Shown here: positions 36,791 through 51,540 of the stretch, in pieces
Position numbering within the stretch: position 1 is the stretch's first letter
Layout of the letters: the number at the start of each line of letters is the position of its first letter
Assembly: GCF_006345805.1 (NCBI RefSeq)
Contig: NC_043006.1
Span: 1,488,001 to 1,552,000 of the forward strand
DNA from: Octopus sinensis
Taxonomy: Eukaryota
Reading direction: 5' to 3'
DNA length: 64,000 nt
Program-made: the position numbers and the translations under genes
Notes under the pieces: model-generated
Database searches by the model: none
What the model saw: only the letters and a program-made list of their open reading frames with translations
What the model was told of the DNA's origin: nothing

Positions 36791-37338
36791 TGTTATCTAG
36801 CAGCTGGCTACGACAATCATCTCCTTTATCTTACTATGACACTGTACCACATTATAATGTTATTACTTATAACGATTGTCTCTTAAAACAAATTTATGTA
36901 ATCCCATGGTCAGTCATGACCGAAGGGGGTCTCAGCATATATATATATAATTTCTGTATTGCTCAAAACCTACACATTATCATACCGAATATATACATTA
37001 CTATGGGGCTTAAAAGTGTGAAGGACTGGCAGAAAAGTTTGAGCATTGAACAAAATGCCTTGTAGTAATACTTCTGAGTTCAAATCCCACCAAGATCAGA
37101 TTTTGGAGTTAATCAAATAAAGTACCAGTAATTGACTTGCCCCTTCCCTTCAAAATTTGTGGCCTTATACCTGAATTAGAAGCAGTTGTTATGGTGTTTA
37201 AAACATATTGTTATAAAGAAATATATATTATTATATAATAACTAGATTGCTTAAAATACTTCATTATACATACATATATACATACATAAATATTATTTTT
37301 ATATTGCTTAAAATTTAATTGTTCTTATAAAATATAAT

Positions 37339-37662
37339 GTGGAGGCACAATGGCCCAGTGGTTAGGGCAGCGGACTCGCGGTCGGAGGATCACGGTTTCG
37401 ATTCCCAGACCGGGCGTTGTGTGTGTTTATTGAGCGAAAACACCTAAAGCTCCATGAGGCTCCGGCAGGGGATGGTGGCGACCCCTGTTGTACTCTTTCG
37501 CCCCAACTTTCTCTCACTCTTTCTTCCTGTCTCTTGAGTAACGCTGCAATGGACTGGCGCCCCGTCCAGCTGGCGGGGGGGACACATACGCCATAGAAAC
37601 CGGGAAACCGGGCCCATGAGCCTGGCTAGGCTTGAAAAGGGCGCATAAATAAATAAATAATA
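37339..37662 (+). mobile_element. tRNA-derived SINE with (TAAA)n tail
   Basis: A box TGGCCCAGTGG, B box GTTTCGATTCC. Confidence 0.8.
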
Positions 37663-37770
37663 AAATATATTATCAATTACTCGCCTAAAACGATTCTCTT
37701 TTAGCTGTTGGTGGTAGTTTCCTTTGTTGCTTATATCATGAGTTGTTGCCCTTGGCTCAAGCATCAATTA

Positions 37771-40700
37771 CACTGGACAGCGAAGATCTTGTTACTGGGT
37801 TTACCCCAGTAACAAAATCTTTGTTGTCCAGCCTGTGTTTTAGACTATATCGAGGATGCTGATTCCGAATCCGCACTCAGAGTTGTTGTAGCACATCAGG
37901 ATTTTGAGTTATGCGCAAGCGCAAGATTATAACTATACTTTTGGCTAGATATAGGCCGTATTATAAAATTTGCTAAAATGAAAGCGGGTTTAATTGAAAA
38001 TTAAAGAAATAACAGCAATAAAACAAACGGTGAGAAAGTTCATTATTCAGTTCGGCAATAGATGGCGCTGACGTATTGTGTGCCATGCCAAATACGTCAG
38101 TTTGTTCTTGGTAACTCTAAGTGTCGTTTGCACTGCTGTCACCCGTGCTATGTGTATCTCTCGCTCTGCGTGATTCCTGTTTTAACTGTGTTCATTGCAT
38201 TAGATCATGAATAGAAGTTGTGGAAAAATATTTCCACCAAAATAAAAACTGCCTATAAATATTATTTCGGGTGTAAAGTTGGGAACCAAGACAGAAGAGA
38301 TGAACACCTCATATATGCTGCACCATGTGTTACTTAGGGCTTACACAGTGGCTGAATGGAAAACGGAAGGGAATGCCTTTTGCAGAACCAATGGTATTGC
38401 ATGAGCCAACCAATCATGTCTCTGGTTGTTAATTTTGCATGACTAATATTATTGGTTTCTCAAAGAAGACCAAAGCCAAAATTGTGTATGCAGATTGTAA
38501 GTCGGCTCTAACACCGGTGCCACATGACTTTGAGAACCCTGTCCCAGTTCTCCTCCTCTCCTATTGACAAAAAGTACTTAGCTGATTTTAAGAAAAACGA
38601 GCCAGACTACTTTAATCAAGAAGATTTGAATGATTTAGCAAGAGACCTAGCATTGTCAAAGGAGAGGACAGAAGTTTTGGGATCCAAACTACAACAATGG
38701 AATTTCCAACAGCAAGATACGAAAATTTCCATTTTCCGTTCTCGCCATAAAGGCTTATCTGTCTTTTGCAAGCAAGAAAATAATGCTTGTTTCTGTACTG
38801 ACACTAATGCACTCATGCAAAAACTAGGACACATAGATGTGGGTAACGAATGGAAAATGTTTATAGACTTGAGTAAGCTTAGCCTCAAAGTTGTATTGTT
38901 ACATAATGGTAATGAAGAACCTTCCATTCCTGTGGGTCATGTTGTCGGTACGGAAGAAACTTATGATATACCCTCCAGCCCTCAGCAGCCAACAAAAGAC
39001 GAAGACAGGTGGTGTAGACAACAGACAGATGTATTAGTTTAACGCTCAGGAAGTGAAAACGTTTTGAGCCTACATTCTTCCAAAGAAAGGAACACAGAAA
39101 GAAACAAGGAGAGAAAATAAAGGTGTAGTGTCTAGCGATCTATCATGGTGAATGCTGGACAGAAGGGTCACACAGGAGAGTTCCTGGCATCCCAGCTTAA
39201 GCAGTGGAACCTAGTCAAGGCAGATGTAAGGGTCACCAGTTTCAGGACATGGAACGAGGACTTTGCTTCATTCTTTGACATGGAAAACAGGTTGTGTTAC
39301 TGCACAAATGTCCCTGGCTTCTTCACCTTCCTTGGTTTCTCACACAATCCCTCAGACTGATGTCTTTTCATAGACTCTTCCAAGCGAAGTCTGAAGGCTG
39401 TGCTCCTGCACAATGGGAATAAATACTCCAACATTCCCATTGCCTACTCAGTCTATCTGAAGGAGTTGTATGACAATATGGAGCTCCTAGGCGCAGGAGT
39501 GGCTGTGTGGTAAGTAGCTTGTTTACCAACCACATGGTCCTGGGTTCAGTCCCACTGCATGGCACCTTGGGCAAGTGTCTTCTACTATAGCCTCGGGCCG
39601 ACCAAAGCCTTGTGAGTGGATTTGGTAGACGGAAACTGAAAGAAGCTCGTCGTATATATATATATATGCGTATGTGTGTTTGTGGGTCTGTGTTTGTCCC
39701 CCTAGCATTGCTTGACAACCGATGCTGGTGTGTTTATGTCCCCGTTACTTAGCGGTTCGGCAAAAGAGACTGATAGAATAAGTACTGGGCTTACAAAAGA
39801 ATAAGTTCCAGGGTCGAGTTGCTCGATTAAAGGCGGTGCTCCAGCATGGCCACAGTCAAATGACTGAAACAAGTAAAAGAGAGAGAGTTTTGGTAGCTGT
39901 CAAGTACAGCCAATACCAGTGGAGTCTCTGCGGAGACCTCAGGGTCATCGGTCTTCTTATGAGTATGCAAGCGGGCTTCACAAAGTACTGTTGCTTTCTC
40001 TGTCTCTGGGACAGTCAGGCTGTGTCCAAGCACGACAAGCAGAAGGACTGGAGATCTAGGAGCACTTTTGTGCCTGGTGAACACAGTGTCCAAGAAAATG
40101 TTCTGGTGGACATGAACAAAGTGCTTCTTCCTCCTCTTCATATCAAATTTGGCTTAATGAAGAATTTTGTGGAGGCCATGGACAAAAATGGTGCTGCCTT
40201 CCAACATTTGTGCACTCTGTTGCCAGCTCTGAGTTCTGCTAAGCTGAAGGAGGGCATCTTCGTTGGACCTCAGATCTGAGAGCTGCAGAAGGATAAGAAC
40301 TTTGATGAGCTTCTTACTTTAAGGGAACTGAGAGCATGGGAAACATTTAAGTCAGTCTGCCATGGCTTCCTTGGTAACACATGGGTACCAAGAGTGTATT
40401 GAGAAGCTGTTACAGCCTTATAAGGATACGGGATGCTGAAAGTCACTCAAAATTCACTTTCTCCACTCCTGCCTCCACTTCTTTTTTCTGAAGCGATGAG
40501 CATGGAGGAAGGTTCCACCAAGATATCACTTAGATGGAGAGCAACTACCAAGCCAAGTGGAACCTCAGCATGATAGGGGACTCTTGCTGGATGCTCTTGC
40601 AGGACAACCTGGGGGCAGAGTACACAAGATTATCCAAAAAAAACTCACTTCTGACCATCTGCTGTACCATGATTTGTGTGTATTGTATTATCCAAGTAAT

Positions 40701-40955
40701 TTAGTTCCATCAATATTCTGTATCTATGCTGTTTTTTTCTGTAATATGCCTTTGTAATAGATGAAATAAACACATAATATTTTGAATTTATATGCAGTAT
40801 AATTAAAATGGCATATGTGAAAGCAAAAAAAAACTAGAGATGATAGAGAAAAACAGTTCAGAAAATAGAATCCAACCAGATTCATATTTAGTAGAAAAAC
40901 ATCTATTCACATCCTTACTTCAGAGCAACAAAAAAATTTTTATAAACCAGTAATA
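37771..40955 (+). mobile_element. Decayed DNA transposon, probably Chapaev3 (CMC superfamily), with nested insertions
   Basis: Broken transposase motifs: MPFA.P...EP.NH, SLK.VLLHNGN, CGDL..., TKYCCFLCLWDS, PPLHIK.GLMKNFV, KEGIFVGPQI, SLKIHFLHS, RFHQDI. CACTGG left end. Family assignment is from recall. Confidence 0.7.
39488..39886 (+). mobile_element. tRNA-SINE family 1, full length, inserted in the transposase
   Basis: Complete from head to GAAACAAGTAAAAGAG tail; the transposase frame resumes on both sides. Confidence 0.85.
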
Positions 40956-42684
40956 TTACAGATAGATGAATGAAAACTAAACACTTGGAACCTGTACTGT
41001 TATATAGTAGAGCAACACAACTTGATGTTTGTGTAAACAATACAGAGAACATTTGACGTGTGAACCAGAGATTGTATTGGAATAGTGGCTGTCAGTGCAA
41101 AAAATGCATTTTGAATTACTCAGGACAGTCCATATGAATTTGCATTTTGCCCTGATGTTAACATAGCATCAGTTCTGACTGACCAGTTACCTGCCCTGGA
41201 ATCCACAACAACTACTGACATAATGAGAATACAAGAGTTTATTGGAAGGTGAGGTCAAAGAAATAATATGGAGGGTATTGAGGTCTAAGGTGAGGAATTA
41301 GCTGATGAAAATTTTATTGCCGGTGGCAGGTAAAAAGCGCTATTCGAGTGTGATCATTACCAGTGTCACCTCACAGATACTTGTGGCACGTGAAGAAACA
41401 TTCGAGCGAGGTCGTTGCCAGTGATGCTGGACTGGCTCCTGTGCGGATCGCACGTATAAAACACCATTTGAGCATGGCCATTGCCAGTACCACCTGACTG
41501 GCCCTCGTGCTAGTGGCACGTAAAAGCACCCACTACACTCTCAGAGTGGTTGGCATTAGGAAGGGCATCCAGCTGTAGAAACTCTGCCAGATCAGATAGG
41601 AGCCTGGTGCAGCCGTCTGGTTTGCCAGTCCTCAGTCAAATCATCCAACCCATGCTAGCATGGAAAGCAGACGTTAAACGACGATGATGATGAATGATGG
41701 TGACCAGAATTATTATAGATCACAAAACTTTGAAGGATGGAATGGTCGGGTTAAGGTGTTGAGCAGAGAAAGTTAACTTGTATAGATTAGGGTACAGAGG
41801 AGCATTTAACGGAATGCATCCATATCAGAAATTGAAGCTGTGCAACGACAAAGACTGAAATTGTGATTAGAGAAGCTAAAAGAAGTGTAGAACATATGGC
41901 AGGAGTGAATGAAGTCTTGGATTAGGAAGAATTTGGTGAGAACAAAGGAGATAATGATGTTAATGTTCCTTTAAAAGACAGAGCTGGAAAACCAGGTAGG
42001 AATGGAAAGATGGAATATAATTGATTGGATGTGAGGAGTAAAAGGTAAAACTATGATAACACAACTAAGATGGAAAAGGAGAATAGTCATTGGTTGAATA
42101 TAATACTGAAAGAAGCGAATGGAAATCCTAGTTGTATTAAGAGAGATCAAGTGAACCAATTGAGAGAGAGAGAGATGACTGTTGAAGTAGATTAGAATAA
42201 ACCTGGTGTTTTACTCACTGCAGTAAAGAAACAAGAAAAAGAAGTCACTGATGCTACACACAAGGAAATTCAGATTATAAAGAAACAAGATGTGCATAGG
42301 AGTGTGTGACTTATGCAGGTTATAAAACTATGTCATCAAGATTGGTGATTACTGAAAAACAAAAAGATGTGTGTGTGTGTGTAGCCTTGTCTTGGCATGG
42401 TTTGAAGGTTGTAAGTGGCCATCACTGTCATACAAACTTTGTTGTTTGTTTGCAGTCTTTTGTGACAAACAAGTCTGATCATAGGAAATATTACCTGGCT
42501 TGGAAATAGGTGAGGGTTTGGTGGAAAGAAGGGCATCCAACTGCAGGAAGTCTGCCTCAACAAATTTTGTTTGACTGGTGCAAGTGTGGGAAAATGGACA
42601 TCGAAATGATGATGGTGGTAGAGATGAGGATGATAAGGAAGAGGACTGGCAGAAAGACTGGTATGTCTATATATGCGAATACAA

Positions 42685-43124
42685 TCTCTCTACATATAAA
42701 GCTAAAGTTGTCTGTGTGTGGCAGGTTTGGTAGCCTTCAACTAACACCATCTCCTCCGAGACCCTGCGATGCAAGTTGACCAAAATTGAGAGTATGATAG
42801 AAGAAGGCTTGTTCTTCCTTCCGTAGAAGAAAAAATTCAAATCAAACCGTGTTAACACCAAAAATTATTTACATCAAAAAGGTGCTTTTTTTCTATGAAA
42901 ATCCCTATTTTTTTACGATTTTTTGACTGCTGTGTTGTCATTTTTCGGTGTATTTCAACCAGAAAAATGTTCACTTAAAGAGAATAACAAGCTACATAAT
43001 GCAAAATTTTTACTTTTCAAAAAAGATTGAAACTATGTCAAAACTTTGTTAATGCAACATCAAAGTGTGCCGTTTTAAGCGCAACTAAAAAACAAACCCG
43101 AACATCGCCAGGCAATACTGCTAG
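42685..43124 (+). mobile_element. Non-autonomous Helitron-type element
   Basis: TC start and the same ATACTGCTAG|T 3' end. Confidence 0.7.
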
Positions 43125-45449
43125 TTTTTAAATAAATTGGAGTGAGAGTAAATTTTTACAGTTACATCCATTTTGTGAAGCAGGTATAATCTCTGATTGG
43201 CAGACTTTTGAAATAGCCATCATTACCCACTGGAAAAGGAAAAGAGCAAGAAATTGAGTAGTTGTTTCCTACTATGAAAATATTTTGGGGCCCCAAACTT
43301 TCATTGTTTTATGTTTTTGTTTTCTAACTCTATCATTTTTTTCAATATATTTTCTATCACACTTGTCTCATGAGACAGGTGTAATAGTAAAATAATATTA
43401 AACTGTGAGTATAAGGTGACACTTATACTGTAGAGATGGAGTGAAAGATTTTATGTCTTGGAGAGGAATGTTATCTATAGTATATCTTTTAGTGGGAGGT
43501 GAGGAGTTGAGTTCAAGTTAACCCCGTAGCATTTAAACCTATCGTACCCAGCCACAATATTCTACCTGTTTTATGTTCAGACTAGATGGATCTGGCACTC
43601 ACACATACCCTAAAATGTCTTTCTAAAAATAAACAATCGCATCATTGAAACCTCAAAGTATGAAACGATGCAGTAATTATCATCATCATCATCATTTAAC
43701 GTCCACTTTCCATGCTAGCATGGGTTGGACGATTTGACTGAGGTCTGGCGAACCAGACTCCGATTTGATCTGACAGAGTTTCTACAGCTGGATGCCCTTC
43801 CTAATGCCAACCACTCCGAGGGTGTAGTGGGTGTTTTTACGTGCCACCGGCACGAGGGCCAGTTTGGTGGTACTGGCAACGGCCACGCCCAAATGGTGCT
43901 TTTTATGTGCCACCTGTACAGGAGCCAGTCCAGCGTCTTTGGCAACGATCTTGCTCAAATGTTTTTTTCACATGCAACCAGCACAAGTGTTAGTAAGGCG
44001 ACGCGGTAACGATCACGCTCGAATGGTGTGTTTAACGTGCCATCGGCACGAAGGCCAGCTTGTTGCTCTGGCAACGATCTCACTCGTATGGTACTCTTAG
44101 CGCTCCACTAGTAATGGATGCCAGTCACCGAGTTTGATTTCGACTTTGATTTCACTTGCCTCAACTGGTCTTCGCAAGCAGAGTTTAGTGTCCAATGAAG
44201 AAGTGGACTGGTCTCAGTAATGTGAATCCGAAAGGATTAAACGAGAGTTCATGAATTAAAAATGAAAGGGAAATTGTTTGGATGCTCAGCAGCATTGTTT
44301 AGTTTGGTTTGATGGGGAGGAGATTCCAGAGTTGTTTCTAACAACCACTTTTGATCTGTGAATGTATCACATTTAGTCACCAGTGAATAGGCATGGTGAG
44401 ATCTTGTGTTTGCTAGAGTACCAGTTATGAACAGGGTAAGAAGAAGACACAGGATTATGAACCAGCTGAGTGATCAGCCTGCCAAGGTGTTAACAATGAG
44501 ACTAGATCTTTGCAGTATTTGATGGCAGGCCACCACGGGAAAGTGTTTACCACCTGTATTCTCTGACAACTGATGCAGTACTTAGCATGTTAAAAGAACA
44601 TGAATCTCCTTGCTAAGAGACCAGCCCTAAAAAATCAGGGATGGATTTTAAAATGAGTACCCCATCAGCCAAAAGAATAGAGCCATAGTGTTTTATATTT
44701 GCACTACCCCTTGAAAGATTGTCTTACTGCCTTATGATGGTTGCTAGTAATTCACGGAGACCTGGACTCCAAAATGCATTGCTTTTACTGCAACTGAAAA
44801 AGCCACATTCTTCAGATATGAGTTTCAAATTTTGGCACCGAGCTAGTAATTTTGGGGGAGGGGTAAGTCATTAATATCGACCCCAGTGCGTAACTGGTAC
44901 TTATTTTATTGACCCCTGAAAGGATGAAAGGCAAAGTCGATCTCAGTGGAATTTGAACTAAGACCATAAGGACAAATGAAACACAGCAGAGCATTTTACC
45001 TGGTGTGCTAAGGATTCTTATTTCTTTATTGCCCAGAAGGGGCTAAACATAGAGGGGACAAACAAGGACAGACAAAGGGGTTAAGTCAATTAAATCAACC
45101 CTAGTGCATAACTGGTACTTAATTTATCGACCCCAAAAGGATAAAAGGCAAAGTAAACGTTGGCGGAATCTGAACTCAGAATGTAACAGCAGACGAAATA
45201 CCTATTTCTTTACTACCCAAAAGGGGCTAAACACTGAGGGGACAAACGGATTAAGTCGATTATATCGACCCCAGTGCGTAACTGGTACTTATTTAATTGA
45301 CTCCGAAAGGATGAAAGGCAAAGTCGACCTCGGCGGAATTTGAACTCAGAACATAGCGGCAGACAAAATTCCAATAAGCATTTCACCCGGCGTACTAACG
45401 TTTCTGCCAGATCGCCACTGTGTACTAATGATTCTGCCAGCTCACCAAT

Positions 45450-45702
45450 GATGAGTCTACGATTTAAAAAAAAAATTATCATCATTTTTTTCCATTTTAA
45501 TGCATTTTTTCGCTATTATATAAGGGAAGTAACTCTCTAAAAATGTCTACGATGAGTCACCGATTTAAAAAAAAATTTACCATCATTTTTTTTCCATTTT
45601 TAATGCATTTTTTTGCTATTTTTTGGCTATAACTCTCTAAAAATGCTTATATAGTTATTTCCCTAAAAAAAAAAACCAAGCAACGCCGGGCGATACTGCT
45701 AG
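45450..45702 (+). mobile_element. Helitron-type 3' fragment
   Basis: Near-identical to about 10660-10907. Confidence 0.7.
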
Positions 45703-48700
45703 TTATGAATAAGATTGATAAATAGCTGTAGGTTAATGAACACTCCGATTTAGGAAACTGAGTATTAGGAAATCTAACATTAGTTGAGAAGCAGGTCCAG
45801 ATTTCAACTTTTCAAATGTTTTGGTTATTATTAATTGATATGCAATGAAAGCCAAATGAATAAGAACGTTCTAGTTTCACTGAGACAAGGATTATAAATA
45901 TAATATATACTTCTGAATAAGGCAGTTTTAGTTGTGATAGAACAGAATAATGAATCAGGTCAAAGGCATACACAGAGTTAGTTAAAGGAGGAGAAAAGAG
46001 AAAAGCAGACACTAGATTTTTAACTATACTGTCTCTTTTACTTGTTTCAGTCATTTATTCTATTGGTCTCTTTTGCTGAACCGCTAAGTGACGGGGACGT
46101 AAACACACTAGCATCGGTTGTCCAGCAATGCTAGGGGGACAAACACAAACACACACACATATATATATATATACGACAGGCTTCTTTCAGTTTCCGTCTA
46201 CCAAATCCACTCACAAGGCATTGGTCGGCCCAGGGCTATAGCAGAAGACACTTGCCCAAGATGCCACACAGTGGGACTGAACCTGGAACCATGTGGTTGG
46301 TTAGCAAGCTACTTACCATACAGCCACTCCTGCGTAATTCTTTTATGAAATCCTTCATAAATGTGTGTTTGTGTGTGTGTGTGTCTTTGTGATTCTGTTT
46401 GTACCCCCCCCCCCACTACCACTTGACAACTGGAGACAGTGTGCTTACATTCCTGTAACTTAGCAGTTCAGCTAAAAGAATTCATAGAATATGTACCAGG
46501 CTTAACAAAAGGGGTCAATTCATTTGACTAAAAATTCTCCAAGGTATTGCCCCAGCATGGCTGCAGTCCAATGACTGAAACAAGAAAAAGATAAAAGATG
46601 ATATATATTACTAAGCTCCACAGGTCTTCTCAAGCACAGCAAATCACCAACAGCCATGGTCATTGCCTCCACAAGACCCAACATCTGAAGATCCTTTCTC
46701 ACCACTTCATCCCACATCTTCCTGGGTCTACCCCTTCCACAGGTTCCCTTCACAGTTAGAGATCAGCACTTTACCTCTTTTATTTTTTACTTGTTTCAGT
46801 CATTAGACTGCAGCCATGCTGGGGCACCTCCATGAAGAAGAATTTTTACTTGAATGAATCAAACCCAGTATTTTTTTGTAAAGTCTGGTACTTATTTTAT
46901 TCATTCCTTTTGCCCAACTGCTAAGTTATGGAGATGTAAACACACCAACAGTGGTTGCCAAGCATTGGTGGGAGACAAAGACACACACACACATGCATGT
47001 GTGTATATATATATATATGTGACAAGCTTCTTTCAGGTTCCGTCTACCAAATCCACTCGCAAAGCTTTGGTCGATCCAAGGTCATTGTAGAAGAAACTTG
47101 CCCAAAGTGCCATGCAGTGGACTGTACATATATTACTTTTACATAATCTACATTTTGTGCAAATATATTTTTTCACCCATAGAGTTTGTAATAGAGCAGT
47201 GCCACTATGTTTGTATGTAGAGTGATTCTTTAGTGAGTTGAGGCATTATCATGAAGTGTGCTTATAGTATGTAGGTATGTGTGTGTGTATGTCTGTCTGT
47301 ATGTATGTGTGTATACGCACATACACACACATATCTCAAATATGTGGGCTTCAAAACGATTATTCAATTTTTTTTTTTCACCACACCCATCACTGTTACA
47401 TAATTTTTCAACATTTTTGCAATGATGGAAATACCAACATATTATTTTTATTAATTCTTTGTAAGAATATATTTCCATTCCCACAGAATTTGCAAGTATT
47501 TCTTCTTTTCGTGAAGTAAGACACAACTGCTACAATTTGTGTAAAGATGTTTGATAAAATAGCATTGGTACAGGAATGGCTATGGGGTTTAAGAAGTTCA
47601 CTTCCTAAGTATATGATCTCAGGTTCCTTAGGTAAGCAACTTCTTCTATAGCTCTGGACCAAAGAAAGCCTTGTAAGTGGTTCTGATAGATGGAAACTGT
47701 AAGAAGCCCATTGCATATATGTTTGTGTGTGAGTGTGTGTATATTTTTTGTTTGCTTCCTTATTTTGAAATTACATGATAGCTGTAAATGAGAGCCACCA
47801 TCATACAAGCAATGTCCTCTGTTTCCAATATTCCATGAAAACACATCCAACTTTAAAAAGCTCAAAGGGTTGGCAGTAGGAAGGGTGTCAAGTTGTAAAG
47901 AAAACCTGCATCAATGAATTCTATGACTCATTCAAATGAATTTTGTTATTGTTATTAAGGTGGTGAGCTGGCAGAATCATTAGCATTCCGGGAATAATGG
48001 TTAGCGGCATTTTATCCGTCTTTATGTTCTGAGTTCAAATTCTGCCAAGGTCAACTTTGCATTTCATCCTCTTGGTGTCAATAAATTAAGTACCAGTGAA
48101 ACACTGAGGTTGATGTAATTGACTAGTCCCTTCCCACAAAAATTTCAGGCCTAGGGCTTTTAGCAGAAATGATTATTATCATTCTGTTGTGTCTGGGGAG
48201 AGTCATTTTCTTTTTGTACCTTATAATTTAACACACTCACCAGTAAAATTTCCATTTATTCCTTATTTTTATTTTCCTAAAATTTTCGTTGCGTCTTGCA
48301 ATCTTAAGAACAACAAAAATTTAAAGAAAATAAAAATAAGAAATAAGTGGAAATTTTACTGGTGAGTGTGTTAAATTATAAGGCACAAAAAGAAAATGAC
48401 TCTTCCCAGACACAACAGGATATGCTTCAACACACAAACTCATATAAAGAATCTTGCAAACCAAATCCAAAAACGAAATTATTATTATTTTAAAGGCAGA
48501 GAGCTGCCAGATTCATTCGTACACCTGGCAAAATGCTTAGCAGCATTTCATTCATCTTTACATTCTGAGTTCAAATTCTGCCGAGGTCAACTTTGCCTTT
48601 CATCCTTTCGGGGTCGATAAATTAAGTACCACTCCCTCAAACTTGCTGGCTTTGTGCCAAAATTTGAAATCAACATTACTCTTATCATCACCATCATCAT

Positions 48701-48840
48701 TATGAAGGAGAAGACGACAGTGACAGTAATGAAGAATAGAAATTAAATCAACAGGAGTGTCGTGTAGAAGTTGCATAAAAAGGGATTGGAGACTTAATTG
48801 TGGATTCAAATCAGCTACAAGCAAAGCATTGTATTCAGTA

Positions 48841-49353
48841 CTAGCAGTATCACCTGGCGTTGCTCGGGTTTGTAAGGGAAATAACTATATAAGCATTTTT
48901 AGAGAGTTACTTCCCTTATAGATGCCAATTCGGGCTTTCTTAGCCATTTCTGTTTTGGTGTCTTCAAACCATGAAGTCGTTGTTCTAAAAGAACGCTGGT
49001 CTCCTTGACAATGCTTTACGACGTTGATTTCTTTACACTCCCTTCCCCACAGCTTCACGAGGGAGGGAAGAAGGGGGAGAAGCAAACAGGTGCAGGTGTG
49101 ACCGTGGACGCCAACTCCGCCGCCATCGACACACGAAAAAATATGCATTAAAATGGAATAAAAAATGATGTTAAATTATTTTTAAAATCGTAGACTCATC
49201 GTAGACGCGCGCTAATAGCCAGACGGGCTCGATATGAATCACGACTATAAGATACCCGAATTTGGTTAAACTGCACCGCAAAATGTGTGAGTAGTTAGGA
49301 ATCTAAATCGAAGGGGACAGACACTCACACAACTACAGTTTTATATATATAGA
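48841..49353 (-). mobile_element. Non-autonomous Helitron-type element
   Basis: Shares both ends with 10508-10907 but has a different interior. Confidence 0.72.
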
Positions 49354-49749
49354 TTACCTCCATGAAACTTGTCGTCAGTCGTAGGTATCAGCTTTTCAAG
49401 GAAAAAGTCATGTCATTGATCAACCATATTTGCATACTTCAGAACAAGTGTCATCGAATAATCTACTATTACTCGAGCATATCAGATAAATAAATGCCTG
49501 ACATTTCTATTAACAAAAGTTCCTTTCATTTCTCTTCTATTCCAGGTTATTTAATATCTCTTTTCTCATTACAAGTGACACAATAACACTATAGGAATCC
49601 ATATCAATTAGTAAACACACGTTTATATCTAACTTCAGACAACCAGTCACCTAAATACCTATCGTGCCAAATTAATTATATTCCCACCTGAAACAAAAAC
49701 AGGTAAATGTTTGTGAAGGCAAAGTCCATCTCTAGTGAAGAATATACAA

Positions 49750-51540
49750 CTCAAGGCAGGTTAGCAGTCAGCACTTCAAACTTAAGGCAAGAAGGACTCA
49801 GAGATGCAAAACAATCTGAAAAAAGGATATGAAACATTAAATATCCTTTGCACAGGCAGAGATTTTGAGATGTTCAACTTGAAGCATTTGACAAGAAAGA
49901 GGAGGAAATAGAGACATATAACATTGAGAGCAAGTGGAAGCTCTTACAAGACAATTTACCAAAGGCAAGAGACAAACTCTGTGACAGGAACACAATTTAA
50001 GCCAGCCAGAATGAGGATGACGTGTTGGTGAAACAGTGATGTAGACAGGGCCATAAAAATGAAGAAATAAATTTAGATTGAGAGGGAAAATGGAGGCAGC
50101 AAAAAACTATATCAGTTTGTTAGATGGGAAGCCAGGAGGTAGGTTTATTTAGCAAGGGCCAAAGCAGAAAGGAAGGAGGTTTTTGTCAATGTCTCATGAG
50201 GATTATGAGACACTATAACAGAGAAACAAGATGTGGGTGAGAAGTGGATAATGGCATGTTTGCATTTAGTGATTCTAAAAAGAAGTCAGTATGGAAGCGT
50301 TACTGTGAAAGGCTATTAAATATGGAAAATGAATGGGACAAAGTGAGTCTCCCTAATGTTGATCCAACAGAATGACCATCTATCCTAGTTAATAGCAGTA
50401 TGATAGATGGCAATTATGGATAAGAAGGCAAAAACAAACCTCTGGTCCATCAGGAATTATCACTGAGATGCCTAAAATATCTGACAGAGTAGGATATGGC
50501 CTAAACACCTGTATAGTTAATCAAGTTATATAGGAAGGTGTAGTAACACTTTAGTCAACTGTTACAATGGTAAAGGAGGTGCCTTAGATAGAAGTAATTA
50601 TAGAGGTTATGAAAGTTACAAATAGAATTATAGCCGAGTTAATTAGGAGCAGAATTAGACCAGATGAGATGCAGCTTGGTTTTATGCCAGGGAGAATAAC
50701 TATAGATGCCATTTAGCAAGACAGCTGCAGAAGTATTTAGCAAAGAGTAAGCCATTGCACTTGGCATTTGTTGACCCGGAGAAAGCCTTTGGCAGAGTCG
50801 CCTTGTACTATGATCAGGTGGTCACTGAGGAAGATCGGAATAGATGAATGGCTTGGGAAAGCTGTACAAGTCACGTACAGGGCAGCTGTCAATAATGTAG
50901 AATGAGCCATGAATTTTGGAGTGCAGGTAGGAGTTCAGCAGGGCTCAGTTCTCAAAATCCCCTCCTATTCATTATTGTCACACAGGTCACAACAAAGGAA
51001 TTTATGATAGGTTACCCCTAGAAATTACTATATGCTGAGCTTGTTCTCATAGCAGAGTCTGTAATATAATTAGGAAAGAAATTTCAGGTGTGGAAACAAA
51101 ATTTGGAACCAAAAAGGACCTTAAACTAGTAAATTAAGAAAAATGACAGGACTCTACTCCCTTCAGGTAAATGGCCCTGCTCAATATGTAGGAAAGGTAT
51201 GGGACACACCAGATGCTGTGGAATCACAGGAAGACTAACATAGAAAATAGTCTTTGTATATGGAACATGTGGAAGAGATCGTAGATAGGTGATCTAATTA
51301 GTAGTGAAAGTATAGTTGCCAGAATAAGACTAGGATGGAGAAATTTTAGAAAGCTGTTACCTCTGTTGGAAACAAAAGGTCTTTTCTCCGAGTGAAAGTC
51401 ATAATGTATGGTGCCTGTGTACCGACAATGCAACATAGTGAGACGTGGGCACTGAACTCAAAGACTGGAGAGGAACGAAGCTAACATGCTTCGCTGGATG
51501 TACAAACTGTGTGTATATGTATAGCAAAGTGCTAAGTTAT
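49750..51540 (+). mobile_element. Highly decayed RTE LINE
   Basis: Broken RT motifs (AFVDPEKAF, VGVQQGSV) similar to the copy at 3234-3995. Confidence 0.75.

Noticed and set aside
37339-37420. tRNA gene
   Set aside because: It has A and B boxes but no clean cloverleaf, and it continues into a SINE body and tail.
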